The position numbers were made by a program, and so were the translations under genes. Shown here piece after piece: positions 63,381-64,000 of a stretch of DNA of 64,000 nucleotides; the stretch's first letter is position 1, and each line of letters opens with the position of its first letter. The notes below the pieces were generated by a model that saw only the letters and a program-made list of their open reading frames with translations, had not been told where the DNA came from and ran no database searches. The DNA lies in NCBI GenBank assembly GCA_043228905.1, contig JBHGNT010000007.1, positions 22,382,001 to 22,446,000 on the forward strand, read 5' to 3'. The DNA comes from Azolla caroliniana. Lineage: Eukaryota; Plantae; Polypodiophyta.

Positions 63381-63975
63381 ACAACTGAATATCAGGATGA
63401 GTGTACGGTCAAGAAAATTTGTTTGAATAATTGAGGCTCGCCTTTAGAATTTGCTCAACGTGAGAAAGCCACGTATAGTCAGAGAGCAAAGTAATATTGT
63501 TCAACAATGATATACCAAGATAGTGATGGTAAGAAATTGAGAGAAGTTAAAGATATTGTTGATTTTCCTACCTCATTTCTTGCACATCTTGAAAGAGCGC
63601 GGAAAGAAAAGGACTATCGTTGTGTGAAGGCATATGGTGTAGAAAATGGTGGCACTTTTAAGAAATTTAGCTACAAAAAGGATGTCACATGGAATTTATA
63701 CTAGAATGTCTATTGTGGTGATGTGGCTGAGATGATACACATATTGCCAACAAAGGAATACATATTATTGATTGTTGACATACCATACGGATTTCGTATG
63801 GTTGGATCAACATACGATGATGAAGCATTTATGTTTAAACAACTTGAGAAGATGGTGAAAGATTTCGCACACACAATATCCTTATGGAGAATTGTTGTAT
63901 TCCATAGCATGACCAAGGATACTCTATAGCACAGGCCTTGAGATCTCATTGCCATGAAATAGAAAACCTTGCTTA
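63381..63975 (+). pseudogene. Decayed ORF with a beta-class DNA amino-methyltransferase (N6-adenine/N4-cytosine) N-terminal signature; probably continues past the window
   Basis: One frame from 63381 with three stops reads ...KKDVTWNLY*NVYCGDVAEMIHILPTKEYILLIVDIPYG...WRIVVFHSM, then after a 1-nt shift QGYSIAQALRSHCHEIENLA. DIPY is at 63777-63788. Confidence 0.65.
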
Positions 63976-64000
63976 ATAAGGAATATTTGTCTTACATGGA

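Overview
Eukaryotic land-plant nuclear DNA (spliceosomal introns, GA/CT microsatellites, nested LTR retrotransposons; a fern or other non-seed plant is my inference only). Three host genes can be assembled exon by exon: a PLAC8/cell-number-regulator-like gene (1211-3239, +), spliceosomal PRP31 (5267-10821, -, with an ATG-only first coding exon and a GC-AG intron), and a 153-aa highly acidic protein with a C-terminal NLS that the ORF track sees only in part (54636-58360, +). The stretch 11.4-46.6 kb is a nest of transposons whose order can be read from target-site duplications. It includes a full-length Ty1/copia element (23195-38701, TSD GGTCT) and, inside it, a very young Athila-like Ty3/gypsy element (25143-34987, TSD AAGGC, about 3 differences between 419-bp LTRs) with an extra sense ORF of about 889 codons after pol. 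The most unexpected signal is at the right edge: a decayed ORF (about 63381-63975) with the N-terminal signature of a beta-class N6-adenine/N4-cytosine DNA methyltransferase (VYCGDVAEMIHILPTKEYILLIVDIPYG), next to a palindrome-rich foldback element. All alignments and counts were done by eye and no database searches were run.
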